A stretch of DNA of 16,746 nt, taken from the IMG/VR virus record IMGVR_UViG_2740892439_000018, one strand, 5' to 3'. The stretch's first letter is position 1. Each line of letters begins with the position of its first letter. A program made the translations under genes and the position numbers. Source of the DNA: a virus. Taxonomy: Duplodnaviria > Heunggongvirae > Uroviricota > Caudoviricetes. Shown here in pieces: positions 7,965-15,610 of the stretch. The notes beneath the pieces are model-generated. The model did not search any database and was not told the origin of the DNA. It saw nothing but the letters and a program-made list of their open reading frames with translations.

Positions 7965-8741
7965 ATGGAGATTCAAGTGACAAAAGAAATTCTTGCTGTT
8001 CCTGGGATGCGACCATCCCCATTGTTCAAAAGGACTTATAAATTAGTTCGGGAGATTGACGAAAGATTAACCAAACTGATTCATAGATGGCGATTTTTCA
8101 ATGCAGGCCCCCCCATGAAAGTTACTGCATATGATGGAACAGAAATATGCTATCAAGGTTTGGCATTTAAAGGTACTCCCGTTCAAATTTTTTGGAATGG
8201 TTTTATCGATCCTTACATTGAAAATAACTCAGAAATTGTTTTAGAGCAGACCTCCGCGTTAGCAATTGAATGTCAATTCTCAATAGAGGAGTCAATCGAG
8301 GAGGCTAAATTACTATTACTTGTGATGATTCGCAGGCTTTACTATGAAATGGCCGAAACAGATAAAATATTAAGAGGTGATGGGTTTTCCTTCCCAGAAA
8401 AAAAAGACGTTAGTGGTTATATTGAAAGTATCTCTCAAAAAATCATAGAACATGCTGAAATTGAAAAGCTAAAAAAAACGCATCCAAAACAAAACATATT
8501 CAACATAGCTACTGTAAATAGCCAATACGTACAACTTGGTACAAATAACAATATTAATATACAAGAGCTCTCTGAGTTCTTCTCAAAAATTGCATCAACT
8601 GGTGAAAAAGAAATTATTACTCTCTCAAAAAACCTTCTTAAGAAGGCCTACTCAAAAAACTTACTGAGTAAAGAAAACTATGAAGCTCTAATATCAAACC
8701 TTAACACACAGACAAAATACACTTTCAAATCTACTAGTTAA
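7965..8741 (+). CDS. Hypothetical protein (258 aa), AT-rich accessory gene, unrecognised family
   Basis: Long ORF on the strand opposite to every other island gene, visibly AT-rich; possible alternative GTG start at 7977 preceded by GGAG. C-terminal module NIFNIATVNSQYVQLGTNNNINIQEL...KNLLKK shared with the next gene. Confidence 0.75.
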   Translation: MEIQVTKEILAVPGMRPSPLFKRTYKLVREIDERLTKLIHRWRFFNAGPPMKVTAYDGTEICYQGLAFKGTPVQIFWNGFIDPYIENNSEIVLEQTSALAIECQFSIEESIEEAKLLLLVMIRRLYYEMAETDKILRGDGFSFPEKKDVSGYIESISQKIIEHAEIEKLKKTHPKQNIFNIATVNSQYVQLGTNNNINIQELSEFFSKIASTGEKEIITLSKNLLKKAYSKNLLSKENYEALISNLNTQTKYTFKSTS

Positions 8742-8770
8742 ACGCAAAAGCGATCACGAGGAGCAACATA

Positions 8771-9280
8771 ATGGATCTTAACGTCATGGCATATCCAGAA
8801 AAATTCACAATCGCAGGAGTTGAATACAAGGGGAAAAGAAACTCAGCTGAAAAAAAAGTGCTAATCCCTTATACTGAAGAACCAGATATTAATATTGGAG
8901 ATGAAATCACTCAAAAACTAGGGAAGGGGGAAATAATATTAAAAGTAATTGATATGTCATTTTTACCAGGAGGTACACTCAATGTTGGTACTAATCACCC
9001 TCACATGCTTACATTAAAAGTCGAGAATCTGACTGCTAATGAACATAAACCAAAACAATCTAGCCAAAATACATTTAACATTGGTAACATATCCGGTACA
9101 CAGGTTCAACTCGGTGAGCATAACAATCTTATTGTAAATCTCAGCATAACTGAACTTGTTGAAAAAGTTTCTCAATCACAAGATCCTCAGGCAAAAAATT
9201 TGCTTAAGGATTTACTAAATAATAGTACGGTAGCCAGTCTCGTTGGTGCTGGTGCGTCCGCCTTGTTAACAATGCTTTGA
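8771..9280 (+). CDS. Hypothetical protein (169 aa), AT-rich accessory gene with hydrophobic C-terminal tail
   Basis: Strong GAGGAG Shine-Dalgarno 7 nt before ATG 8771, 29 nt after the previous stop; motif NTFNIGNISGTQVQLGEHNNLIVNLS...KNLLKD parallels the upstream protein; ends ...STVASLVGAGASALLTML. Confidence 0.8.
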   Translation: MDLNVMAYPEKFTIAGVEYKGKRNSAEKKVLIPYTEEPDINIGDEITQKLGKGEIILKVIDMSFLPGGTLNVGTNHPHMLTLKVENLTANEHKPKQSSQNTFNIGNISGTQVQLGEHNNLIVNLSITELVEKVSQSQDPQAKNLLKDLLNNSTVASLVGAGASALLTML

Positions 9281-9281
9281 G

Positions 9282-9312
9282 TATATGGCCTGGCAAAGAG
9301 CCAGGCCATATA
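9282..9312. terminator. Bidirectional hairpin terminator between convergent genes
   Basis: Perfect 13-bp stem TATATGGCCTGGC (9282-9294) / GCCAGGCCATATA (9300-9312), 5-nt loop; AT-rich flanks; between the stop at 9280 (+) and the stop at 9315 (-). Confidence 0.7.
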
Positions 9313-9314
9313 AT

Positions 9315-9575
9315 TCATTTCTCACTCATCCAATTAGGAGGTAGTGGCATTTTTTTCCTTAAAACCTGCAAATGCTCAATCAAAACATTAACCTGCTCTT
9401 GATTTGTTGCAAGGATTTCATCTGATAGCGTGCTACGAATAAAATCATGATGGTCAATCCACAGTAAACCACCATTTGCAAGGGCCTGACGGTACTGAGT
9501 GGTAGGCATTGAAGCAATATCATGAAGTCCGAATTGATCAAAATAATTGTTTATTTCATGCGTCAGAATCGGCAT
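9315..9575 (-). CDS. Hypothetical protein (86 aa)
   Basis: ORF with AGGAAG Shine-Dalgarno upstream of ATG 9575; lies just downstream of the iteron region on the minus strand; no recognised family. Confidence 0.55.
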   Translation of the reverse strand: MPILTHEINNYFDQFGLHDIASMPTTQYRQALANGGLLWIDHHDFIRSTLSDEILATNQEQVNVLIEHLQVLRKKMPLPPNWMSEK

Positions 9576-9723
9576 TATTTCTTCCTATTTTATCTAATTT
9601 ATCTAATTTGTAGTCATTTTTAACCAGTATTCGGTCAAATCAAGCGCGTGTTTTTGTGTGCTTTACTGTCATAGTCTTTATCTCACAGCAGTAAATTAAA
9701 ATTTTTGCGTTTTAACCCTTCAC

Positions 9724-9946
9724 CTGTTCACCTTTTGATATTTTATCTTTTAATTCATAAGGTTAAGGGGTGAACAGTTTCACAAAAACTATTCACCAAC
9801 TGTTCACCACTGTTCACCCTTGAAGCTCAATAAACAATCAAAAAGGTGAACAGTGAATAGTTTGGTGAACAGTTCATAAATAACTGTTCACCCTATAATA
9901 TACTGATATAAAAGATATTTATGACAGGGTGAACAGTGGTGAACAG
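9724..9946. repeat. Iteron array (9 copies of GGTGAACAG / CTGTTCACC in both orientations); putative island replication origin
   Basis: Forward copies at 9769, 9845, 9864, 9928, 9938; reverse copies at 9724, 9800, 9810, 9884; embedded in AT-rich DNA immediately 3' of the primase-helicase stop (9960-9962). Confidence 0.72.
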
Positions 9947-9959
9947 TTATTCCATAAGT

Positions 9960-11777
9960 TTAATTTTTGCTATCGTCATTAGTGACCGATACACATGATG
10001 GCATCCAGTCTTCTGATTCCTCCGTCAGTGTCACGTTTGAACGCAAACCGTGCTTCGTTTTCCGTTTCATATACTCCCTGCCATATTCCGCCATTGCCCC
10101 CGGCATATCTTTACCGAAGCGCGTCAGTGTTACAGGTTTACCAAACCCATGTGCCCTCATATAAGCCAGATAGGCATGATAGAGATATCTGCGCGGGCTG
10201 AATGGCACAATTTCAGCATTACCCACTAACAGGCCATCACACATTACCGACGCCATGAGATAGCCGCAGAAGTCCACCAGCGAATCCCCCTCTCGCTTTA
10301 TCGCCAGTGCTTCTTCAGATTTCTGCTGCTCATATAACAGGCGTCTGGCTTCGTCCTGGTTAGCAAACCGTGTAAGCAGATGGCGAATCACTACCGCCAG
10401 CTCACCTTCTATTTTTTCCGCCAGCATCGGATCACGTTCGTTCTCCGGTACAACTTCCGAAAAATTGAATATCACCCGACGACGTGAGATCCCCCCGCTG
10501 CGGTCACTGAATGACATGGCGTTATTGTTAACCGCCAGCACTACTGCCGGAATACGCGTTGAGTAGGGAGCTTTGTGTTTCGGGTCAATTGCCACCTTGT
10601 CACCGCCTGTAATGGCCTTAATCCCTGCCCCATCACCAGCGTAGCGGGTCATATCCGGCATGATAATCAGAGAAAAGCCAACCACTAACGCACGTTCCCT
10701 TGCATCTTCCAGCGCCTTCATGCTTGCTGATACTGTATTAGCCTTACCCGCCAGCATGGTGCAAATCTCCGCCATTACGCTTTTACCGCTTCCACCAGGA
10801 CCAGTTACCTCAATGAATAACTGCCAGTCATATCTGTTCGCCAGCACCATGAATAATGCCGCCAGTACACGATCCGCTTTGCGATCATTCTCAGCCACCG
10901 AACGGTGCAACCACTTCCAGAAATTCGGCGCATGTGTTGCCAGCGTTTCCCCCTCTGCTGGTGGGCTGAAAGGTAATTCACTGGCAATTAACAACCAGTC
11001 GTTTTTGTTATGCTCCCGAAAATTACCTGTTCTGGTATCAAATACCCCGTTACTGAATCCAATCAAGTTACGGGCTGTATTCCCCATTACAGGCAAACTT
11101 AACTTCATGGTATCGACCGCTGATTTAATAGCGTTCTGTGAATAGCTGATCTCCGCATCAATGAAAATCTGCGCCATAGCACGCTGTAACTCTTTATCCT
11201 GAACCGGCTCCCATATAACGCCGTTGTAATGGTGAACAGTGTCAGAGTCAGCATGAATCGCCAGTTCACCACCATAATGTGCCAGGAGAACTTCGCCGCG
11301 TTGACTTGCTCCCATCTGGTTAAGCGCCAGTGATGAAGCGTTATCGTCTTTTACCCGCTCTTTTTTCTTTACAGGCAGTTCAACAACCTTTTTCTTTTCC
11401 GCCAGCTCTCCCCGCTCACGCTCCAGATATTCGCGCCAGTTCTCCCGTTTCTGGCTGTGCATTCCTTCAGGGTAATAATCAGCATCCCTGACACCTGCCG
11501 CTGCCAGTTTCTGCCCGATGGTATTAACAAGTCCCGGACGCAATAACCCCGCCTGATAGAGACGCACACGATAGCGTCCGTCTGGTACGATTTGCAGGTT
11601 GTCCAGTTCGGCAAGTTGTTGCTCTCCAAGCCAGACAGGTGGCACGTTATCGCCAGCCAGTCGCCCGTCCTGTTCCTGCCACTGCTTCGCATGTGCCCAC
11701 GCATCACTACCCGCAAAAATGATGACTTCCGTCATTTTGTCACGCGGTTGGTGTTTTAAATTTGGCGCTTTTTTCAT
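9960..11777 (-). CDS. Replication initiator: P4-alpha/D5-like primase-helicase (Pri-Rep) with Walker A GPGGSGKS
   Basis: 605-aa product from ATG 11777 (GGAGAGAG Shine-Dalgarno; ATGA overlap with upstream gene); central P-loop NTPase (VTGPGGSGKS...DxxxD) resembles D5_N/SF3-helicase replication proteins of P4-like elements; ori iterons abut its 3' end. Confidence 0.88.
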   Translation of the reverse strand: MKKAPNLKHQPRDKMTEVIIFAGSDAWAHAKQWQEQDGRLAGDNVPPVWLGEQQLAELDNLQIVPDGRYRVRLYQAGLLRPGLVNTIGQKLAAAGVRDADYYPEGMHSQKRENWREYLERERGELAEKKKVVELPVKKKERVKDDNASSLALNQMGASQRGEVLLAHYGGELAIHADSDTVHHYNGVIWEPVQDKELQRAMAQIFIDAEISYSQNAIKSAVDTMKLSLPVMGNTARNLIGFSNGVFDTRTGNFREHNKNDWLLIASELPFSPPAEGETLATHAPNFWKWLHRSVAENDRKADRVLAALFMVLANRYDWQLFIEVTGPGGSGKSVMAEICTMLAGKANTVSASMKALEDARERALVVGFSLIIMPDMTRYAGDGAGIKAITGGDKVAIDPKHKAPYSTRIPAVVLAVNNNAMSFSDRSGGISRRRVIFNFSEVVPENERDPMLAEKIEGELAVVIRHLLTRFANQDEARRLLYEQQKSEEALAIKREGDSLVDFCGYLMASVMCDGLLVGNAEIVPFSPRRYLYHAYLAYMRAHGFGKPVTLTRFGKDMPGAMAEYGREYMKRKTKHGLRSNVTLTEESEDWMPSCVSVTNDDSKN

Positions 11778-12073
11778 TTCTGCTCTCTCCACGCGGCAAT
11801 CATGTTTTTCAGTTCCTGTAGTTTTTTATCCACATCCACACGTGACACATGGTTATTTCTGGAAGGCGGGATTTCCCGCCGGAATCTGCAAATAAAGATC
11901 TCCACGTTCAGCGAGCTATGAAATGAATAGCCATCACGAATAAAGTACACACGGTCAAACATTATCGATTTTACTGTTACTCTGTTGCCGTTCTTATCCC
12001 GATAAATAGCGCCGGGGATAATTTTGGGATGTGCATAACCGCTGGCAGTCAAGCCAGATAAATACGTTCTCAT
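11774..12073 (-). CDS. Hypothetical protein (99 aa), coupled to pri-rep
   Basis: ORF whose stop overlaps the pri-rep ATG (ATGA); unrecognised family. Confidence 0.55.
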   Translation of the reverse strand: MRTYLSGLTASGYAHPKIIPGAIYRDKNGNRVTVKSIMFDRVYFIRDGYSFHSSLNVEIFICRFRREIPPSRNNHVSRVDVDKKLQELKNMIAAWREQK

Positions 12074-12079
12074 GATTAT

Positions 12080-12400
12080 TTATCCCCGATTTGAATCAGT
12101 ATTCGCTTTCTTTATGGCATTTAATGCATCTGTGGCATTTTCAATGGTGCACCGTAACGAAATATCAAAATGTCCAAGCATTGCCAGTAACAAACCGATA
12201 TTACCCATATCAATGCGCATGGCCTTTGCGTCATATTCCTCATTTTCTGACGCATGCCACATCAGGCTACCAATTGACGCAACAGCCATTGATATATTGT
12301 CAGTAGCCCCATCCGCAGCGGAATAAACCTTTTTAGCAATATCATGCTCACAGTTAAAATGCGGATTAATCAGGTACTGGTAATTTGACATATCAGGCAT
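12080..12400 (-). CDS. Hypothetical protein (106 aa)
   Basis: Strong AGGAGGTG Shine-Dalgarno 5 nt before ATG 12400; stop 6 nt before the next gene start; unrecognised family. Confidence 0.65.
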   Translation of the reverse strand: MPDMSNYQYLINPHFNCEHDIAKKVYSAADGATDNISMAVASIGSLMWHASENEEYDAKAMRIDMGNIGLLLAMLGHFDISLRCTIENATDALNAIKKANTDSNRG

Positions 12401-12596
12401 GGCGCACCTCCTTGCGGATACGGGCGGTGAACACCATCACGCAGCCAGCCGGGGATTGCTGGCGGGCTTCCTGTTCACTGGTGGCCACGATGGTAATCAC
12501 ACGCGGTTTTGCGGCGCTCAGGGCGATAAAACGCCAGGTGAATTTATTCAGGTTGTGCGAATCCCGCCCTCGCGGGTGTGTGGTATGATTTAACAT
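12393..12596 (-). CDS. Hypothetical small protein (67 aa), first gene of the minus-strand early operon
   Basis: C-terminal portion of a longer, mostly non-protein-like ORF-track frame; own GAGG Shine-Dalgarno before ATG 12596; stop overlaps the next gene start by 8 nt. Competing plus-strand ORFs make this uncertain. Confidence 0.4.
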   Translation of the reverse strand: MLNHTTHPRGRDSHNLNKFTWRFIALSAAKPRVITIVATSEQEARQQSPAGCVMVFTARIRKEVRHA

Positions 12597-12677
12597 AGCT
12601 ACCTCGATAATCTTGCTATCGTTGGTGGTTAGACGCCCTGCATGTGTTGCGAGCACTGCGGGGCGTTGCTCTTTTAG

Positions 12678-12723
12678 GTGTATTTCACCTTTGCTTTTTA
12701 ATTTACTCACTGGTGAAATACAC
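12678..12723. promoter_or_regulatory. Perfect 12-bp inverted repeat GTGTATTTCACC ... GGTGAAATACAC with 22-bp spacer; candidate operator in divergent control region
   Basis: Verified by reverse complement; located between the divergent starts at 12596 (-) and 12790 (+); a TATACT -10-like hexamer lies at 12754-12759. Confidence 0.45.
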
Positions 12724-12789
12724 TTCAAGCCTTTTTTTATCATTTTTTTTGCGTATACTGACATACACCAATTTTTAGGAGATCCAGAA

Positions 12790-12969
12790 ATGGCAACTGG
12801 TGCAAAGAACGCAAAATCACAAATGACAACTGTCAGAATCCCACATGAAGTAATGGATGATATTGAGCAACTTAAAGAACCTGGCGAAAGTACCGCTGGT
12901 TTTTTAGTTACTGCCGCAAAAGGCGAGATCAAACGCCGCCAGCGGCGCAAGGCCAAAGAGCAGGAGTAA
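12790..12969 (+). CDS. Putative ribbon-helix-helix (CopG/Arc-like) DNA-binding protein (59 aa)
   Basis: AGGAG Shine-Dalgarno 8 nt before ATG 12790; TTVRIPHEVMDDIEQL... fits the RHH beta-strand plus helix pattern; basic C-terminus. Confidence 0.5.
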   Translation: MATGAKNAKSQMTTVRIPHEVMDDIEQLKEPGESTAGFLVTAAKGEIKRRQRRKAKEQE

Positions 12970-13026
12970 CCATCACCAGCGCCGTGATGCGGTGAACTGT
13001 GGCGCACAGGGTTACAGGTATCTACG

Positions 13027-13206
13027 ATGACTGACAAATTATTAAAGAAATTATCCTCATCTAGGAAAAAACAACGCAAAAATGCGGTAAACGAACATGA
13101 ACCGGAGAGATTCGCACCATGTGCGTTTGTCCTTGAGAAGTACCTTAAAGAGTATTCCAGGAAAATATGCTTATTGCAGGCATGGCAACAAATCGATCCA
13201 GACTGA
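13027..13206 (+). CDS. Possible small protein (59 aa) downstream of the RHH gene
   Basis: ORF not in the supplied track (below its size cut-off), translated by hand as MTDKLLKKLSSSRKKQRKNAVNEHEPERF...QQIDPD; followed by a plus-strand terminator; weak Shine-Dalgarno. Confidence 0.3.
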   Translation: MTDKLLKKLSSSRKKQRKNAVNEHEPERFAPCAFVLEKYLKEYSRKICLLQAWQQIDPD

Positions 13207-13270
13207 TAGCATTGCCCACCAGCCGACAACCTGGTATTCTGGATATGCTCAAGTTTAGTGTTATGCCACT

Positions 13271-13298
13271 GGCGACCGCCCCCGGTCGCCTTTGTTTT
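13271..13298 (+). terminator. Rho-independent terminator (plus strand)
   Basis: Stem GGCGACCG (13271-13278) / CGGTCGCC (13283-13290), loop CCCC, followed by TTTGTTTT. Confidence 0.65.
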
Positions 13299-13315
13299 AT
13301 ATACCATAACTCACC

Positions 13316-13537
13316 TTACGCCGATTTCAGTTGTGCTTTGGGTTGACGATCAAGCCAATCATTAACCTCAGACAGCAACCAACCGACAGAACGAGCCCCC
13401 AACTGACGACGGGCTGGAAACACCCCTTTCCTTTCCATCATATAACGCGTCGTTCGGCAAATACCGGTAAGGCGTCGGCATTCCTCCTCACGAATGATGC
13501 GATCAAATTGGTCTTGCGATGATTTAACTTTGCTCAT
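13316..13537 (-). CDS. alpA: AlpA-family transcriptional regulator / excisionase-like HTH protein
   Basis: 73-aa product from ATG 13537: ...QFDRIIREEECRRLTGICRTTRYMMERKGVFPARRQLGARSVGWLLSEVNDWL matches the AlpA/prophage CP4-57 regulator pattern. ORF-track upstream extension not supported. Confidence 0.85.
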   Translation of the reverse strand: MSKVKSSQDQFDRIIREEECRRLTGICRTTRYMMERKGVFPARRQLGARSVGWLLSEVNDWLDRQPKAQLKSA

Positions 13538-13599
13538 ATGGATATGCCCTCGTTTATTATCGTTCGAGAGCATATTGATAATATGCTTAGAATATTTAG

Positions 13600-13630
13600 G
13601 TGATATCACATATTTTATATGTGATATCAC
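13600..13630. promoter_or_regulatory. Two copies of the 10-bp palindrome GTGATATCAC spaced 21 bp centre to centre, upstream of alpA; candidate operator
   Basis: Palindromes at 13600-13609 and 13621-13630 with AT-rich spacer ATATTTTATAT; the second overlaps the stop codon of the upstream 245-aa gene. Confidence 0.5.
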
Positions 13631-14364
13631 GTTCGCCCTAAGTATTTAGCCCACGTATTCTTATCTGTTGCGGGAAGAAACACCCCTTTCATCGCTGCCG
13701 CAGCCTCTAAAACAGCGATCACTTTAGCAACTGGAGCAGTTCCAATATCTATATCATCCATTTCTGGAATTAGTTTGATTAATGCAGGGATCAACTCAGC
13801 TTTCTTCGCAAGAGTTTTTGGCGATTCTCCCATTTTTCTTCCAGGCATGGTTCCAACATCTTTGATATGCTCCAAATCCTTAGCCATTACACATAAAAAC
13901 CTTCTGTCGATCTCAATAGCCCCATCACTCATAATTTGACATTCCCAGTTTTCTGATTCAGGACGAGTTGAAAAAAAAGATGATACTATCCTTGCATCAT
14001 TGCCAATAAATTCAAGTTCAGAAAAACTTTCCCGATTTAGATAGAAGAAACCGCAAAAATTCTTTGCAAGATAAGAAGCCACACCAAAATAATTTACCCA
14101 TTCAAAATCGCTACCAACAGGCTTCATCCCTGTAATTACCCAGCGATCCCCTTGCAACATCCCTCCAGAATCAACATCAATATTTTCAACTAATGATTTT
14201 GGTATAACTAGCGATTTACATGGATGACAGTTTGGAAAATAAACAGAAATATTCAAAGCACCTATAGCAGCAAAATGATATATATCATTAAGCGTACATC
14301 CCAGCTTCTTTGCTGCTTCAGGCAATGGATAATATATACGCTCAGGGATGCTTATCTTTTTCAT
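13627..14364 (-). CDS. Hypothetical protein (245 aa), AT-rich, translationally coupled to int; possible N-terminal HTH
   Basis: ATG (14364-14362) overlaps the int stop TGA (14363-14361); visibly lower GC than int; N-terminal LPEAAKKLGCTLNDIYHFAAIGAL resembles an excisionase/AlpA-type HTH; remainder unrecognised. Confidence 0.78.
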   Translation of the reverse strand: MKKISIPERIYYPLPEAAKKLGCTLNDIYHFAAIGALNISVYFPNCHPCKSLVIPKSLVENIDVDSGGMLQGDRWVITGMKPVGSDFEWVNYFGVASYLAKNFCGFFYLNRESFSELEFIGNDARIVSSFFSTRPESENWECQIMSDGAIEIDRRFLCVMAKDLEHIKDVGTMPGRKMGESPKTLAKKAELIPALIKLIPEMDDIDIGTAPVAKVIAVLEAAAAMKGVFLPATDKNTWAKYLGRT

Positions 14365-15584
14365 TTCGCTACCTTCAATATTTTTACATTTGAATACTGA
14401 CCAGAAATAACCTCAAGCCGTTCCATCCATTTATTTAGAGCGTCTAGTTTTTCTGGTAAGTACTGGCTACGATTGTATATGGCCATTACACCACCTAATG
14501 TGTGACCGAGAAGCTGTTCAACAACATGTGGTGCAATCCCCATGTTATTTAGTGTGGTAGCAAACGTCCTGCGCAGGTCGTGAAGTGTCCACGATTCAAT
14601 ATGCCCCAGACGCTTATATATCATCCTCCCCCATTGGCTGACAGCTTCTGGTTTCTTTATTTCACCCAACAAAAGACCTGAGTTTTTGTGTTGCTCTATA
14701 AGCTGTTGGATGAATGGGCGTATTACCACTGGAATAGGGCGCAATATCTTCTCTCCGCCTTTGCTGTGTTCTTTAGGCACTGTCCAGATCCAATCCTTTA
14801 AATCCCACTCTGTAATACGTGACAACCGAAGCTCCTGGGTTCGACATCCAAACACCACCAATAGACGCAACAACGATGAATAGTATGGTTTAAATTTCTT
14901 ACCTGAACATTCCTGCCAAATATCTGCTAACTCTTGACTGCTGTGTTCCCTATCGCGCTTATTCTGTTTTCTACCAACATCATCGATAGTCAGGTCATCC
15001 AGAGCATTGCTAACCGCATAACGATGTACGCGGCAAAACTTCAGAGCCTGCTTACACATCTGCAGCAAATAACCAGCTGCCACTGGAGCGTCATTCCTTA
15101 CTCTAGCGAAACACTCCAGCCAATGCCGGGTTTCGCACATTGATAACGGATAATCACCTATATAGGGGAAAATATGCTTCCTCAGTTGCTCAATGTGTTT
15201 ATCAACATTCGTGCGCTTGTAAACGGCGTATTCTCTGATCCAGTAATCCAGAGCCTCTTTTACCGTCACTGGTTTGAGTGTTTCATGTATTGCCACATTT
15301 AACCGATGCTTTGGATTTTTACCTTCAGCAAGCCATGCTCGACACTGTTCACGTTTCTCGCGCGCAGCTTTCAGAGAAAGATCCGGGTAGTTTCCAAGCT
15401 TAACACGCTGTGAATACGATTCACGCCCACCAATCCGGAAAGAGAAATACCAAGTAAGAACGCCAATTTTTGACACCTTGATACTCAATCCATCACCGTC
15501 AGCATAAAATCTATCTCTATCGATTTCCCTCCCCAGCATCTTACGCAACGATGTATCGCTTAATTTGTTCGTTCCTCCAGCCAT
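14361..15584 (-). CDS. int: Tyrosine site-specific integrase (P4-type)
   Basis: 407-aa product from ATG 15584 (AAGG Shine-Dalgarno); N-terminal MAGGTNKLSD... and C-terminal catalytic region ...WTLHDLRRTFATTL...VEQLLGHTLGGVMAIYNRSQY typical of P4-family integrases. ORF-track start 15665 is TTG. Confidence 0.93.
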   Translation of the reverse strand: MAGGTNKLSDTSLRKMLGREIDRDRFYADGDGLSIKVSKIGVLTWYFSFRIGGRESYSQRVKLGNYPDLSLKAAREKREQCRAWLAEGKNPKHRLNVAIHETLKPVTVKEALDYWIREYAVYKRTNVDKHIEQLRKHIFPYIGDYPLSMCETRHWLECFARVRNDAPVAAGYLLQMCKQALKFCRVHRYAVSNALDDLTIDDVGRKQNKRDREHSSQELADIWQECSGKKFKPYYSSLLRLLVVFGCRTQELRLSRITEWDLKDWIWTVPKEHSKGGEKILRPIPVVIRPFIQQLIEQHKNSGLLLGEIKKPEAVSQWGRMIYKRLGHIESWTLHDLRRTFATTLNNMGIAPHVVEQLLGHTLGGVMAIYNRSQYLPEKLDALNKWMERLEVISGQYSNVKILKVAK

Positions 15585-15610
15585 AGAAAACCTTAATTCA
15601 TATTGAAAAC

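Noticed and set aside
9724-9946. Possible CRISPR array suggested by densely repeated short motif
   Set aside because: Repeat unit is only 9 bp, occurs in both orientations with irregular spacing and no uniform spacers; this is iteron/origin architecture.
10660-11716. ORFs 10660-11145 (+), 10805-10987 (-), 11369-11716 (-) and 11599-11895 (+)
   Set aside because: Lie inside or antisense to the primase-helicase gene; translations are not protein-like.
12393-13307. 304-aa minus-strand ORF from the six-frame track
   Set aside because: Translation is Cys/Ser-rich and not protein-like over most of its length, runs straight through the inverted-repeat control region, and is antisense to better candidates (RHH-like gene, 59-aa ORF). 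Only its last 67 codons, with their own Shine-Dalgarno, were kept as a low-confidence gene.
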